DNA of 64,000 bases from Octopus vulgaris. Taxonomy: Eukaryota. The notes under the pieces are model-generated. The model saw nothing but the letters and a program-made list of their open reading frames with translations. It had not been told where the DNA came from and ran no database searches. This document shows, piece after piece, positions 53,271 to 64,000 of this stretch (positions are counted from its first letter, which is position 1; every line of letters starts with the position of its first letter). Made by a program: the position numbers and the translations under genes. Where the stretch lies: positions 38,378,001 through 38,442,000 of the forward strand of contig OX597839.1 of NCBI GenBank assembly GCA_951406725.2, read 5' to 3'.

Positions 53271-53735
53271 TGTTTCTTTATTAGCTATACAGGGCTGAAC
53301 ACAGAGAGGACAAATTACAAAGTAGAGCTTTTCTTTTTGGGGAGAAAAAAGAAGGGGGTAGGTTTTCGATCAAAAGGAATCGTGTATCAGATAGATAGAT
53401 AAAGATTTAGATATAAATACATAAATATATATACATATGTGTGTGTGTGTGTGTTAAGATATACGTACACATACACACACATATATACATGTAAACGTAC
53501 ATACACACATACATACATACATACATGCATGGATAAGACAGTGCGGTATGATTTCAAGGAGGAAATGGTTTTGTTATTTTTAGTCGGTTGAGCATCCATA
53601 TACAGGTTATGGTGTCATACGAGGGGTCGTTATTGTTGTTGTTGCTGTTGTGGTGTGGTGACGAAAAAGATGATTCAGAAGTAATTTTTTTCTTTTTTTT
53701 TTAATTAGAACAAAGAGAAAAAAAACCTGAGTTAC

Positions 53736-54040
53736 CTGTTTAGATGTCGAGTGTGAGTTGAGTGTTGAGTGTTGGGTGTTGAGTGTAACTTTTCCTCCGG
53801 GATCAAGACGGCAACTGGATATTTGACCAAATTAAACAAACCTGGCTATCAGTATGACTGGTGGCAATGTGACTGGTCAGTGTGTAAAATTCTTTTCCTC
53901 TCCGGACAATCCAAATAAGCAGCAACTAGTTGGTCACTATAATTAAGTTTCCAAATAATTTTAGAGTCCAAATATGCAACCCGGTTGCCCGGTGGAGCAA
54001 CAGGCCGGTCAGTGTGTTGTAAATAAATTGGTTTTTGATG
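53736..54040 (-). promoter_or_regulatory. Candidate non-coding first exon / promoter region of the scramblase gene
   Basis: Island of non-repetitive sequence ending in a strong donor CAG|GTAACT (GT at 53735-53734). The ATG-containing exon has a splice acceptor, so an upstream exon is expected. The upstream boundary is a guess. Confidence 0.35.
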
Positions 54041-55136
54041 GTCAGTTTGTTGAAAAAAAAAAATAATAAATAAATAAATAAATAAAGAGGTGAGATAGCA
54101 ACTGGACAGTGGCCAGAGCAGTTAAGGAAGCTTGGTTGGCCGGTGGCTGTGATATAGTTTTAGTGAACGGGGGAAAATGGGATAACAAGAGATGGTGTGA
54201 ATTAGGAGAGGGGCGGTGGTGGTGGTGGTGAAAGGAAAAGACTATGTAACATGTACAATAGGCTGGACAGTGGTCCCTGGGTGGGACTGGAGCGAGAGAG
54301 TGGCGTGTGACCTGGGAGAGAGAGAGAGAGCGAATAGACTCGACAAGGGTTTGTGTGAGCAAGTTGTTAGAGAGAAAGAGAGATAAGTATTAGAGAGTAA
54401 GGAGAGAGGAAGAGAGAGTAACCAGTGGAAGAGAGGGAGAAAGAGAGAGAGAGAGAGGTGACCAAAGAGGTGGAAGTGACCTAAGAAAGAAAGCGAAAGA
54501 GAGAGAGGTGACCAAAGTGGTGGAGGTGACCCAAGGAAGAGGGAGAGGATGAGTAAACAGACTGGACGAAGGTTTGAGTGGACAATGACTGAGTAGAAAG
54601 TGAAAATGACCACAGAGAGAGAGAGAGAGAAAGAGAGTGACCCGGGAAAGAGAGTGATCAGGGAAAGAGAGTGATCGGGGAAAGAGAGTGATCAGGGAAA
54701 GAGAGACAATGACGAGAAAGAGATAGAGAGAGGGGTGTAAATCAGACTGGAAAAGGGCCTGAGGGGACAAATTGTTAGGGGGAAAGATAGATTAGTCTCA
54801 GAGAATGACGGGTGTGAGAGAGAGAGATAAAGAGAGAAAGAGAGAAAAACTAGACAGAAGCAGAAAGACAAACAGACAGACAGACGGACAGAGAGACGGA
54901 GAGAAAAGGCAATTAGAGATGGAAAAAGAAAGGAAATAGGGTAAACAGGTATGAAATAAACAGGTGGGGTTGGGTAGAAAAGAGAGGAAGGCACTACCCT
55001 GGTGATTGGTTCAGAAAGTGAACACTTAGCAGCTGGACGGTTGGACGGTTGGACGACGGCTGTAGAGAGTGCAGAGTGAATGACTGGCCAAAAGAGGGCT
55101 GCAGCAACACGTGTGTGTGTGTGTGTGTATGTGAGC

Positions 55137-55188
<52 letters not shown>

Positions 55189-55606
55189 ATGTATATGTGT
55201 ATGTAGGTGCGTGTATGTATGTATGTGAACTTATGTGTGTGTGTGTGTGTCTGTGTGTGTGTGTGAGTATGCATGTACATGTAGATGTATGTATATGTGT
55301 ATGTAGGTGTGTGTATGTATGTGTGTATGTATGTATATGAGCTTATGTGTGTGTGTGTGTGTGTGTGTGAGTGGGTGTGTGAATGTCTGTGCATGTACCT
55401 GGGTGGGTGGGGGGAGTTGCAGAAGTAAGTGTGTGTGTGTGTGTGTCTGAGTATTGGTGTGAGTATGTATGTGAGCAAACTCCGCACTCCCCCCTCACAT
55501 ACAATGTATGTGTGTATAATTGTATGTGTGTATGCGCGTGTATACATATGTGTGTATACATATGTATGTGCATATATATACATATATATATATGTATGTA
55601 TGTATG

Positions 55607-55643
<37 letters not shown>

Positions 55644-55656
55644 ATATATATATGCA

Positions 55657-55716
<60 letters not shown>

Positions 55717-56065
55717 CATACATACATATGTACATATATACACATATATGTGTGTGTGTGTGTGTTTATATACATACATATGTAGTATATGTATATATGC
55801 ATGTATGACTGTATACGGATATATGTATGTGCGCATATATATATGTATACGTGTGGGTGTGGGTGTGTGTAGGTGGGCAGGTGGGGTGTGCACGAGTGTG
55901 AGAAACTGCCCCCCCCCCCCCCCCCCCCCCGTTACACTGCAGTAAATGAAGAAAAAAGAAGTATAATTATGTTTTGGTTTAATAATTGTTTGTGAGAAGA
56001 AAACTGGTGCAAGGTGAGCGGGTGGGAGGGGGGTAGATAGGAGTGGTGGGGGCTGCACTGGGTAC

Positions 56066-57255
56066 ATGGTGATAGTGGTGGTGGTGGTGGTGGTGGTAGT
56101 AGTGGTGCGGGTGAGTGTGTTGGTTCTGGTTGTGGTGATGGTGATGGTGGTGATGGTGATGGTGGTGATGGTGATGGTGGTGATGGTGGTGACTATGGTA
56201 GTGATGGTGGTGGTGGTGGTGATGGTGGTGGTGGTGGTGATGGTGATAGTGGTGTTGGTAGTGGCGGGGGTCAGTGTATTGGTTCTGGTTGTGGTGATGG
56301 TGGTGGTGGTGGTGATGATGGTGGTAGTGGTGTTGGTAGTGGTGGGGGTGAGTGTATTGGTTCTGGTTGTGGTGATGGTGATGGCAATGGTGGTGGTTGC
56401 AGTGTTGATGGTGGTGGTGGTAGCGTGGTGGTGGTTCTAATGGTGGATAACGATGGTGGTAATGTTGGTGGTGGTGGTGGCAGTGATGGTGGTGGTGGTG
56501 GTGGTGGTGAGCGTTGTGGTTCTAATTGTGGTGATAACGATGGTGGTAATGGAAGTGGTGGTGGTTACAGTGGTATTGTTGTTGTTGGCGGTGGTGGTGG
56601 TTGTGTTGGTGGCTGTGGCAGTGGTGATGGTCGTAATGGTGGTGGTAGCAGTTGCAGTGGTGATGTGAAGCAGTGGGGGAGGGTCGTGTTGGGGGGATGT
56701 GGGGACATATTGATTGTGGTTGTGGTGGTAGTTCTGGTGACAGTACATTATGGTGTGAATTTTTGGCAGTAGTGGAGATGGTACTGTCAGATGTATTCAT
56801 AGTAGTATGGGAGGTAGTTGTGAAGGTAATGTGCCGACCAGGGTGTAGTGATACTATTGGCAACAACAGCAGCAGCAGCAGCAGTGGTGGCAGCAGCAGC
56901 GACTATAGTGGCGGTAGCAGTAGCACCGGCAGTAGTGGTGGTAGTTGAAGCAGTGGCAGTAGTAATGGTGGTGGTAGTGGCGGTGATAGTGGTGGCAGTA
57001 GTGGTAGTGATGGTGGTGGTGGTGGTGGTTGTTGTTGTGGTGGTGGTGGTGGTGGTGGTGGTGGTAGTGGTGGTGGTGGTGGTGGTGGTGGTGGTGATAG
57101 TGGTGGTGGTGGTGGTGGTGGTGGTGGTAGTGGTGGTGGTGGTGATAGTGGTAGTGGTAGTGGTGGTGATAGTGGTGGTGATAGTGGTGGTGATAGTGGT
57201 GGTGATAGTGGTAGTGGTAGTGGTGGTGATGGTAGTAGTAGTAGTAGTAGTAGTG
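56066..57255. repeat. (GGT)n/(GTA)n low-complexity tract
   Basis: Visible trinucleotide repeats. Confidence 0.9.
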
Positions 57256-57564
57256 GGGTGTAGAAAATGATTAACAAGCCCATAAAAACAAAAGACAGAA
57301 AGAGGAGGAGGAGGAGGAGGAGGAGGAGGAGGCAGAAGAGGAAGAACAAAAAATGAAATGCAAGAAATCAAAGAGCAATGTCGACTGGTATATCGGGTAG
57401 AAATGCAGGGTGCGTATGTGTGTGTGTGTGTGTGTGTGTGTATACATATATGTGCATATGTGTGCATGTGCTTGCGTGTTTGGTGTCTTTTGTTTGTGAT
57501 GCAGTGTAGGGAGTTGGCTGGTGGAAAACTCATATCGAGAGTAGAGGAGGGGGTGTATATATAC

Positions 57565-57671
<107 letters not shown>

Positions 57672-58440
57672 TATATATATATATATATACACATACATAC
57701 ATATATATACCTATATACATGCTTACATGTATATATATATATGTGTGTGTCTGTATATATATATTTATGTGAGTACACATACATACATATTCATGTATGT
57801 ATGTATGTATCTATGTATACATATATGTGTATATATATATATATATATATGTTCGCATGAACATCACACAAAAATCAATGTATTTATATACTGGCATATT
57901 GCCATTCATTAGACACACACACATCTTCATTTAACATCCTTTTTCACTTTACCATGCTTGCTTTGGTCAAAGGGAACTTGTTGAGGCAGAGTCTATAACT
58001 GGACGCTCCTCCTGTTACCAACCTTCACCTTGTTTCCAAGCAAAGTAATATTTCCCCCATGACCAAACATGTTTTCATGGAAGATTGGAATTGAACGACA
58101 TCACTTGTATGAGGGCGAAGCTTCTACAGCTGTTTCATAATGGTACACACACACACACACACACACATGTATGCTTGCATACACACATACACCCATATGT
58201 GTATGTGTGTATATATGTATGTGTATGTGTGTATATATGTATGTGTACGTGTGTATATATGTATATGTATATACACCCATATGTGTATGTGTGTATATAT
58301 GTATGTGTGTGTGTGTGTGTGTGCATGCTGGTGTGCATGCATGTGTGTGCATGTGTGTGTGTGTGTTTGTGTTTGTAATGTGTGTAGAACTAATAAAACT
58401 GCACAAGAGGATGATAAAGGAACAATCAGAAAATTCACAC

Positions 58441-59090
58441 ATAGAATAAGTACTAGGCTTACAAAGAATAAGTCCTGGGGTCGATTTGCTCAACTAAAGG
58501 TGGTGCTCCAGCATGGCCACAGTCAAATGACTGAAACAAGTTAAAGAGAGATACAGTGAAGCTTTATTATAGAGTCGTATATTATCGACTATTTCCAGTC
58601 AATAGACATAGACATGTTTTTGCCTCATGAGTTATCATCCAAAAATCATAATTTCATGGCTTTAATGATATATATATATATATATATTATATAGAGGGTA
58701 CTATTATTCATAGGTACCGCACGCTAGGAGGGACTCTTGCAGTCAAAACTACTAAAATAAACAAATTGTACCGAATGCAAAACTTCAAAGCAAGTCATTT
58801 AAAAACAGAATTTAGTTACATATCACCTGAGATTTCGCAATCAATGCAGAATATGCATTCTATGCTCTTCAGTGCAACAAACTCAATATATAAATATAGA
58901 ATGGTGGTACCACAATGCACCAATATTTACTGGAAATAGCAGTCAATAATATACGACTCTATAATAAAGCTTCACTGTATCTCTCTTTGACTTGTTTCAG
59001 TCATTTGACTGTGGCCATGCTGGAGCACCACCTTTAGTCGAGCAAATCGACCCCAGGACTTATTCTTTGTAAGCCTAGTACTTATTCTAT
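58441..59090. repeat. ~160-bp inverted repeat enclosing a Penelope-like, hammerhead-containing segment
   Basis: 58441-58603 is the reverse complement of about 58924-59090, including non-SINE sequence GATACAGTGAAGCTTTATTATAGAGTCGTATATTAT. Confidence 0.85.
58815..58878 (-). ncRNA. Type I hammerhead ribozyme, complete canonical core
   Basis: Minus strand GTTGCA-CTGAAGA-GCA[TAG-AATGCA-TATTC-TGCATT-GAT]TGC-GAAA-TC-TCAGGT-GA-TA^TGTAAC; all three stems pair and all core nucleotides are present. Confidence 0.8.
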
Positions 59091-59332
59091 CAGTCTCTTT
59101 TGCCAAACTGCTAAGTTACGGGGATGCAAACACACCAGCATCGGTTGTCAAGGAATGCTAGGGGACAAACACATACACACACACACACACACACATATAT
59201 GACGGGCTTCTTTCAGTTTCCATCTACCAAATCCACTCACAAGGCTTTGGTCGGCCCAAAGCTATAGTAGAAGACACTTGGCCAAAGTGCCATGTGGTTC
59301 ATAAGCAAGCTACTTATCACACAGCCACTCCT
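58990..59332 (-). mobile_element. tRNA-derived SINE family A (internal deletion in head)
   Basis: Body and tail match the family. Confidence 0.8.
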
Positions 59333-59494
59333 ACATATATACTGGCAATTATGTCTCCGCCCATCTGCCTATCCATCTGGAAAACAATATTGCACTATTT
59401 TAAACTTTTTCTTTGAAAACTTTTTCACTGGTCCTACTTCTATTAGAGGCTGGGCATTCAAGCAAGTAAACTGGCATTGATGTGATAACATTTA

Positions 59495-59711
59495 TACTCT
59501 TTACTCTTTTACTTGTTTCAGTCATTTGACTGCGGCCATGCTGGAGCACCGCCTTTAATCGAGCAACTCAACACCAGGACTTATACTTTGTTAGCCCAGT
59601 ACTTATTCTATCGGTCTCTTTTTGCCGAACCGCTAAGTGACGGGGACATAAACACACCAGCATCGGTTGTCAAGCAATGCTAGGGGGACAAACACAGACA
59701 CACAAACATAT

Positions 59712-59744
<33 letters not shown>

Positions 59745-59916
59745 CATATATACGACAGGCTTCTTTCAGTTTCCGTCTACCAAATCCACTCACAAGGCTT
59801 TGGTCGGCCCGAGGTTATAGTAGAAGACACTTGCCCAAGGTGCCACGCAGTGGGACTGTACCCGGAACCATGTGGTTGGTAGACAAGCTACTTACCACAC
59901 AGCCACTCCTGCGCCT
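59495..59916 (-). mobile_element. tRNA-derived SINE family A, full length
   Basis: Head at 59916, tail at 59495. Confidence 0.9.
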
Positions 59917-61199
59917 AATTTGAGATTTTGTTTAAAGTAAATCTAGCTGAGGAGAGGTAAATCAAGTTTACGTTAACAAACGTATCTTGAAGAGTTTGAA
60001 ACCTAGGTCCTAGTTTATCCACATCTGGATTGGACATTTCATCTGATGTTCTTCCTAGGGGTAAGATGAAATTTTTTATGTTCGCTGCCTGCACACATAA
60101 TTGCTCATCTCCCCCTCTTCTTTCCATCACCGTCTTCTGTTTCTCTTTCTCTCCTTTCACCTCTCTCTACACTCTTTCTCGCTTTTCATTTCTTTTCCCC
60201 CTCTTTCCGTCTTCTTTTTCTCCCTCCCTACTCCAATTAGTATTTCTACCTCCCCATTTTCTTGCTTGCTCAATCAGTGACTAATCTGTCTCTCCTTCTC
60301 GTTCAATGGGTCTACTCACTCTTTTTCTTTCTTTCTCTCTCTCTCTCTCTCTCTTTCGCTCTCTCTTTCTCTCTCACTGACGATCCGTTTTTGTTGCTCT
60401 TGTTCTCTCTGTTCCTTTCTCCTTTCCCCCCTCACATTAACCACTCACTCTAATCTCATTTAATTGGTATGTCTATCTGTCTCTCTTTCTCTCTTCCTTT
60501 CCTCGCTTTCTCTCATTTATTCGCTTCTTTCTCTTTCTCATTTCATTCAATTGTTTATCTTCTCTCTCTCTCTCTCTCTCTCTCAAAAATCTAATGAAGG
60601 GGCATAACAGAAGAATCCCTAACCTATTTTTTAATATGGAAAGCTTCAACATTGCAGCCCCTTACTATAATGAGAACCCAACAACGTATCTATTTACTGC
60701 CAATACGTTTTTGCTGATTCAAAAATGAACAACTGATCACTGTTGTTTTTCCTCATCAGAGAACACCTCCTCCCTTCAGGCAATGAGCGTTCATAACACA
60801 CGCGATTCACCGGTGTAAGGAGACTTTGAGACACCAGTGTTTCGACCTCATTGTGTCTCCTTAGTCGAAGCTACCTCACTGGGCCAATGAATCTTATAAG
60901 AGCACAAGCTTTTGTTTATAGGAATCAGCAAATTATTTACTGATGCATGCAGATTCGTGGGGTGCTCAAAGAACAGGAAGAATCCAAACAACAATGTATT
61001 ATTTACTCTTAATACGTTCTGGCAAATTTCGAACGTGAATATCTGATAGTTGTGGCTCCTCATCTGATAATGAAAGACAAAAGCAATCAGATGCGTTTGT
61101 GTGTGTGTGTGTGTGTGTGCGCGTGTATGTGTGCACATACATACATACATACACACACACATATATATATATATTTCATAGGCTTCCACACAGTTTCCT

Positions 61200-61612
61200 A
61201 TTTCTTTACTACCCACAAGGGACTAAACATAGAGGGGACAAACAAGAACAAACAAATGGATTATGTCGATTATATCGACCCCAGTGCATAACTGGTACTT
61301 ATTTAATCGACCCCGAAAGGATGAAAGGCAAAGTTGACCTGGTGGAATTTGAACACAGAGCATAGCGGCAGATGAAATACCTATTTCTTTACTACTCACA
61401 AGGGGCTAAACACAGAGGGGACGGACAAGGACAGACAAATGGATTAAGTCGATTATATCGACCCCAGTGTGTAACTGGCACTTAATTTATCGACCCCGAA
61501 AGGATGAAAGGTAAAGTCAACCTCGGTGGAATTTGAACTCGGAACGTAACAGCAGACGAAATACAGCTACGCATTTCGCCCGCGTGCTAACATTTCTGCC
61601 AGCTCACCGCCT
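61200..61612 (-). mobile_element. SINE family B, partially dimeric
   Basis: Same structure as 14694-15108 in reverse. Confidence 0.8.
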
Positions 61613-62709
61613 TCTTCCACACTGTTTCCGTCAACCAAATTCACTCACAGGTATTAATCGGCCCGAGGCTACAGATGAAGACACTTGCCCAAGGTGCCAC
61701 GCAGTGGGACTGAACTTGAAAAGCCAAGCGGTTGCAAAACGAGTGTCAACTACTATAGCCTCGGACCGACAAATAACTTGTAAATGAATTTGTTCGACGG
61801 GAAACTGTACGAATCCCATCCAGTGCTCTAAAATCTCTGGCAATTGGCCACTTTACATACACTGTGCCTCACTTGTCTGTCATGTGTTCCATGGAGATTT
61901 CCATGTCGTAGAAGTGAGTGAGGTTACCATATCATCCCCCTGAAAGGGAAGCTGGTCCATCGAAGGGATAACTTTATAGCTATTGTTAATTCACAGCTTG
62001 GTAGAATGGAACAAGAAATGGTGAAAAGAAATGTTTTGCTAAAGAATACCACGTGCCGTCTGGTCTAGACCACTAAGCCTCATACCTTCACCTTATGTCT
62101 GTGAAGTAGAAACGGGGTTAGATCGCTAGTTCTCAACAGGGGTCCATATAATATTAGGAGTGGGGGTACAAAACAAAATAGCAAATTGGGGATCCACGGT
62201 GGTATTTCAAGCGCCTCTGAAAAATGTTTGCTTTAGATGTATGTGTTATGTATTGCAAGAAAAGAGTTAGGTTTATTTCTCCAACATTTTACGCAGTTCA
62301 ACTTACACAAGTTAATGTGTGAAAGAGAAAATAAGAATTTTGAAAGAAGTTTCTATAAAACTAGTTTTTGAACATCGAAAGGCCAGGGGGTCTATCAGAC
62401 TAGAATGGTAACCACACAGGTCCATTGATAAAAGAATAAAAAAACGGTTGAGAACCACTGGATTCGATGGTCGCGTCCGGAAAGCGTTTTACAAAGTTGC
62501 TGGGTCAAGAAAGTCCTGTTGTTAAACAACAATAACAACAGCAACATCATTGCTTTCACAGATGTTGTTTCATCTTCTTCGCCTCCCGTCTTGCTTTCTC
62601 CACAACTTGATGGCTGATGTTTTGTTAAAATCTCGTTGACGGTCAGCCGAGAAAGTACGAGACTCTCCATCATTAACAAACATCACACACACCATCACTT
62701 CGACCATTT

Positions 62710-63001
62710 CCTCTCTGTATCTACCTATCTATCTATCTATCTATCTGTCTGTCTATCAGTGTTACTCTTTCTGTGTATGTGTCTCTCTCTATCTCTTTAT
62801 CTCCCACCCTTTCTCTATTTATCTGTTTCTCTCCTCTCTCTTTCTCTGTGTGACTTTATTTATGTATCTATCTTCCTTTCTCTCTCTCTCTCTCTACCGG
62901 TCTATCTACTTATTTATCTATCTATCTTCCTTTCTCTCTCTCTCTCTACCGGTCTATCTTTTTGACAAAGCAATAACTTTCGATACATATTTTATTCGTT
63001 T

Positions 63002-63036
<35 letters not shown>

Positions 63037-64000
63037 CTATCTATCTTTCCCTGTCTTTGTTTCCGAAAACAATAACTGCCACCTATCCCCTATCTTCTTC
63101 TCTTCTATTCTCTTTCTTTCTGTTACTCTCATTCTATTTCTCTGTATGTCTCTCTCCCTTCTCCTCCCTGTCTTTCATTCTTTGTTGTATATCTGTTTTT
63201 CAACCTCCAACTCTCTTAACTTCTCTCTCTCTGTTTCACATCTCTGCCTCTCTGCGTTTCTTTCCTCTCCCTTCGCCTTCCTTTGCCTTGTTTATCTCTC
63301 TCTATCTACCTCTACCTTCTCCTCTTTTTCCTCAAACTTTCCTTTCTTTCTCTCTCTTTCTACTACTCTGGTGGTTCACTTTCTTTCTTTCTTTGTTGTT
63401 CAACTCGCTTAACTTCCTCCTTCCCTTTTCCATCTATTCTCACTCTTACTGTCTCTCTCTCTTTCTCTCTTTCTTTCTTCTCTTCTTGTTTCATTTCTTT
63501 GTTATTTCTCCGTCGTTTCTTCAATTCTATCTCTCTCTCTCTTTCATTCTTCCCTTCCCATCAATTTATATCTTTATCCTCCTCCTTTCTCTATTTTCTT
63601 TATTATCCTCTTCCTCCTTCCTTTCTCTTAAGCGTTTTACTTCCAGCCCTTCCTCCTCCTTATTCTTTCGTTTCTTTGTGTTCCATTATATTTCAATCCT
63701 TTCTCTCTCTCTCTCTCTTTTCTGCTCTACTTTATCTCCTTCCTCCTCCCACTTTCACTCCATCTCTTTTACTTACATTATTTCTCTCTTTATTTCCCCC
63801 TCACTCTATCTATCACTTTTCACTCTCTATCTTCATTACTTCTGTCTATCACTTTTCCCTTCACTCTTACTTTTTTTCTTGCAACGCTGTCTCTATCTCT
63901 TTTTCTCCTCTCTTTCTGTTTGTTTCTCACCTTCTCTATTCTTGTTCCCCCTCTCTCTTTCTCTTATATATCTATCTATCTATGTATGTATAACTTTTAC
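62710..64000. repeat. CT-rich low-complexity tract
   Basis: Strong pyrimidine bias with (CT)n/(TCTA)n. Confidence 0.85.

Overview
Repeat-rich animal genomic DNA. The SINE families and microsatellite load point to a cephalopod, most likely Octopus (inference). One host gene is well supported: a minus-strand phospholipid scramblase with 10 coding exons (36181 to 22583, 525 aa, all GT-AG, phases consistent) and a very long Gln/Pro/Gly/Tyr repeat N-terminus. Most other ORF-track entries are microsatellite artefacts. The rest is mobile DNA. (i) A 14.9-kb element (3765-18661) is bounded by 259-bp terminal inverted repeats and an 8-bp target-site duplication and splits a SINE. It contains a Helitron, a truncated RTE LINE and a near-intact CR1-like LINE (PHD/polyQ ORF1, G-GGA-AAC slippery site at the ORF1/ORF2 junction). 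(ii) There are several Penelope-like fragments carrying hammerhead-ribozyme motifs, including one complete canonical hammerhead at 58815-58878 (-). (iii) R4/Dong-like LINE tails are chained at (TAA)n tracts. (iv) Non-autonomous Helitrons, piggyBac-type MITEs and many tRNA-derived SINEs are also present. A 100-N assembly gap lies at 9649-9748. All alignments and folds were done by eye; no database searches were run.
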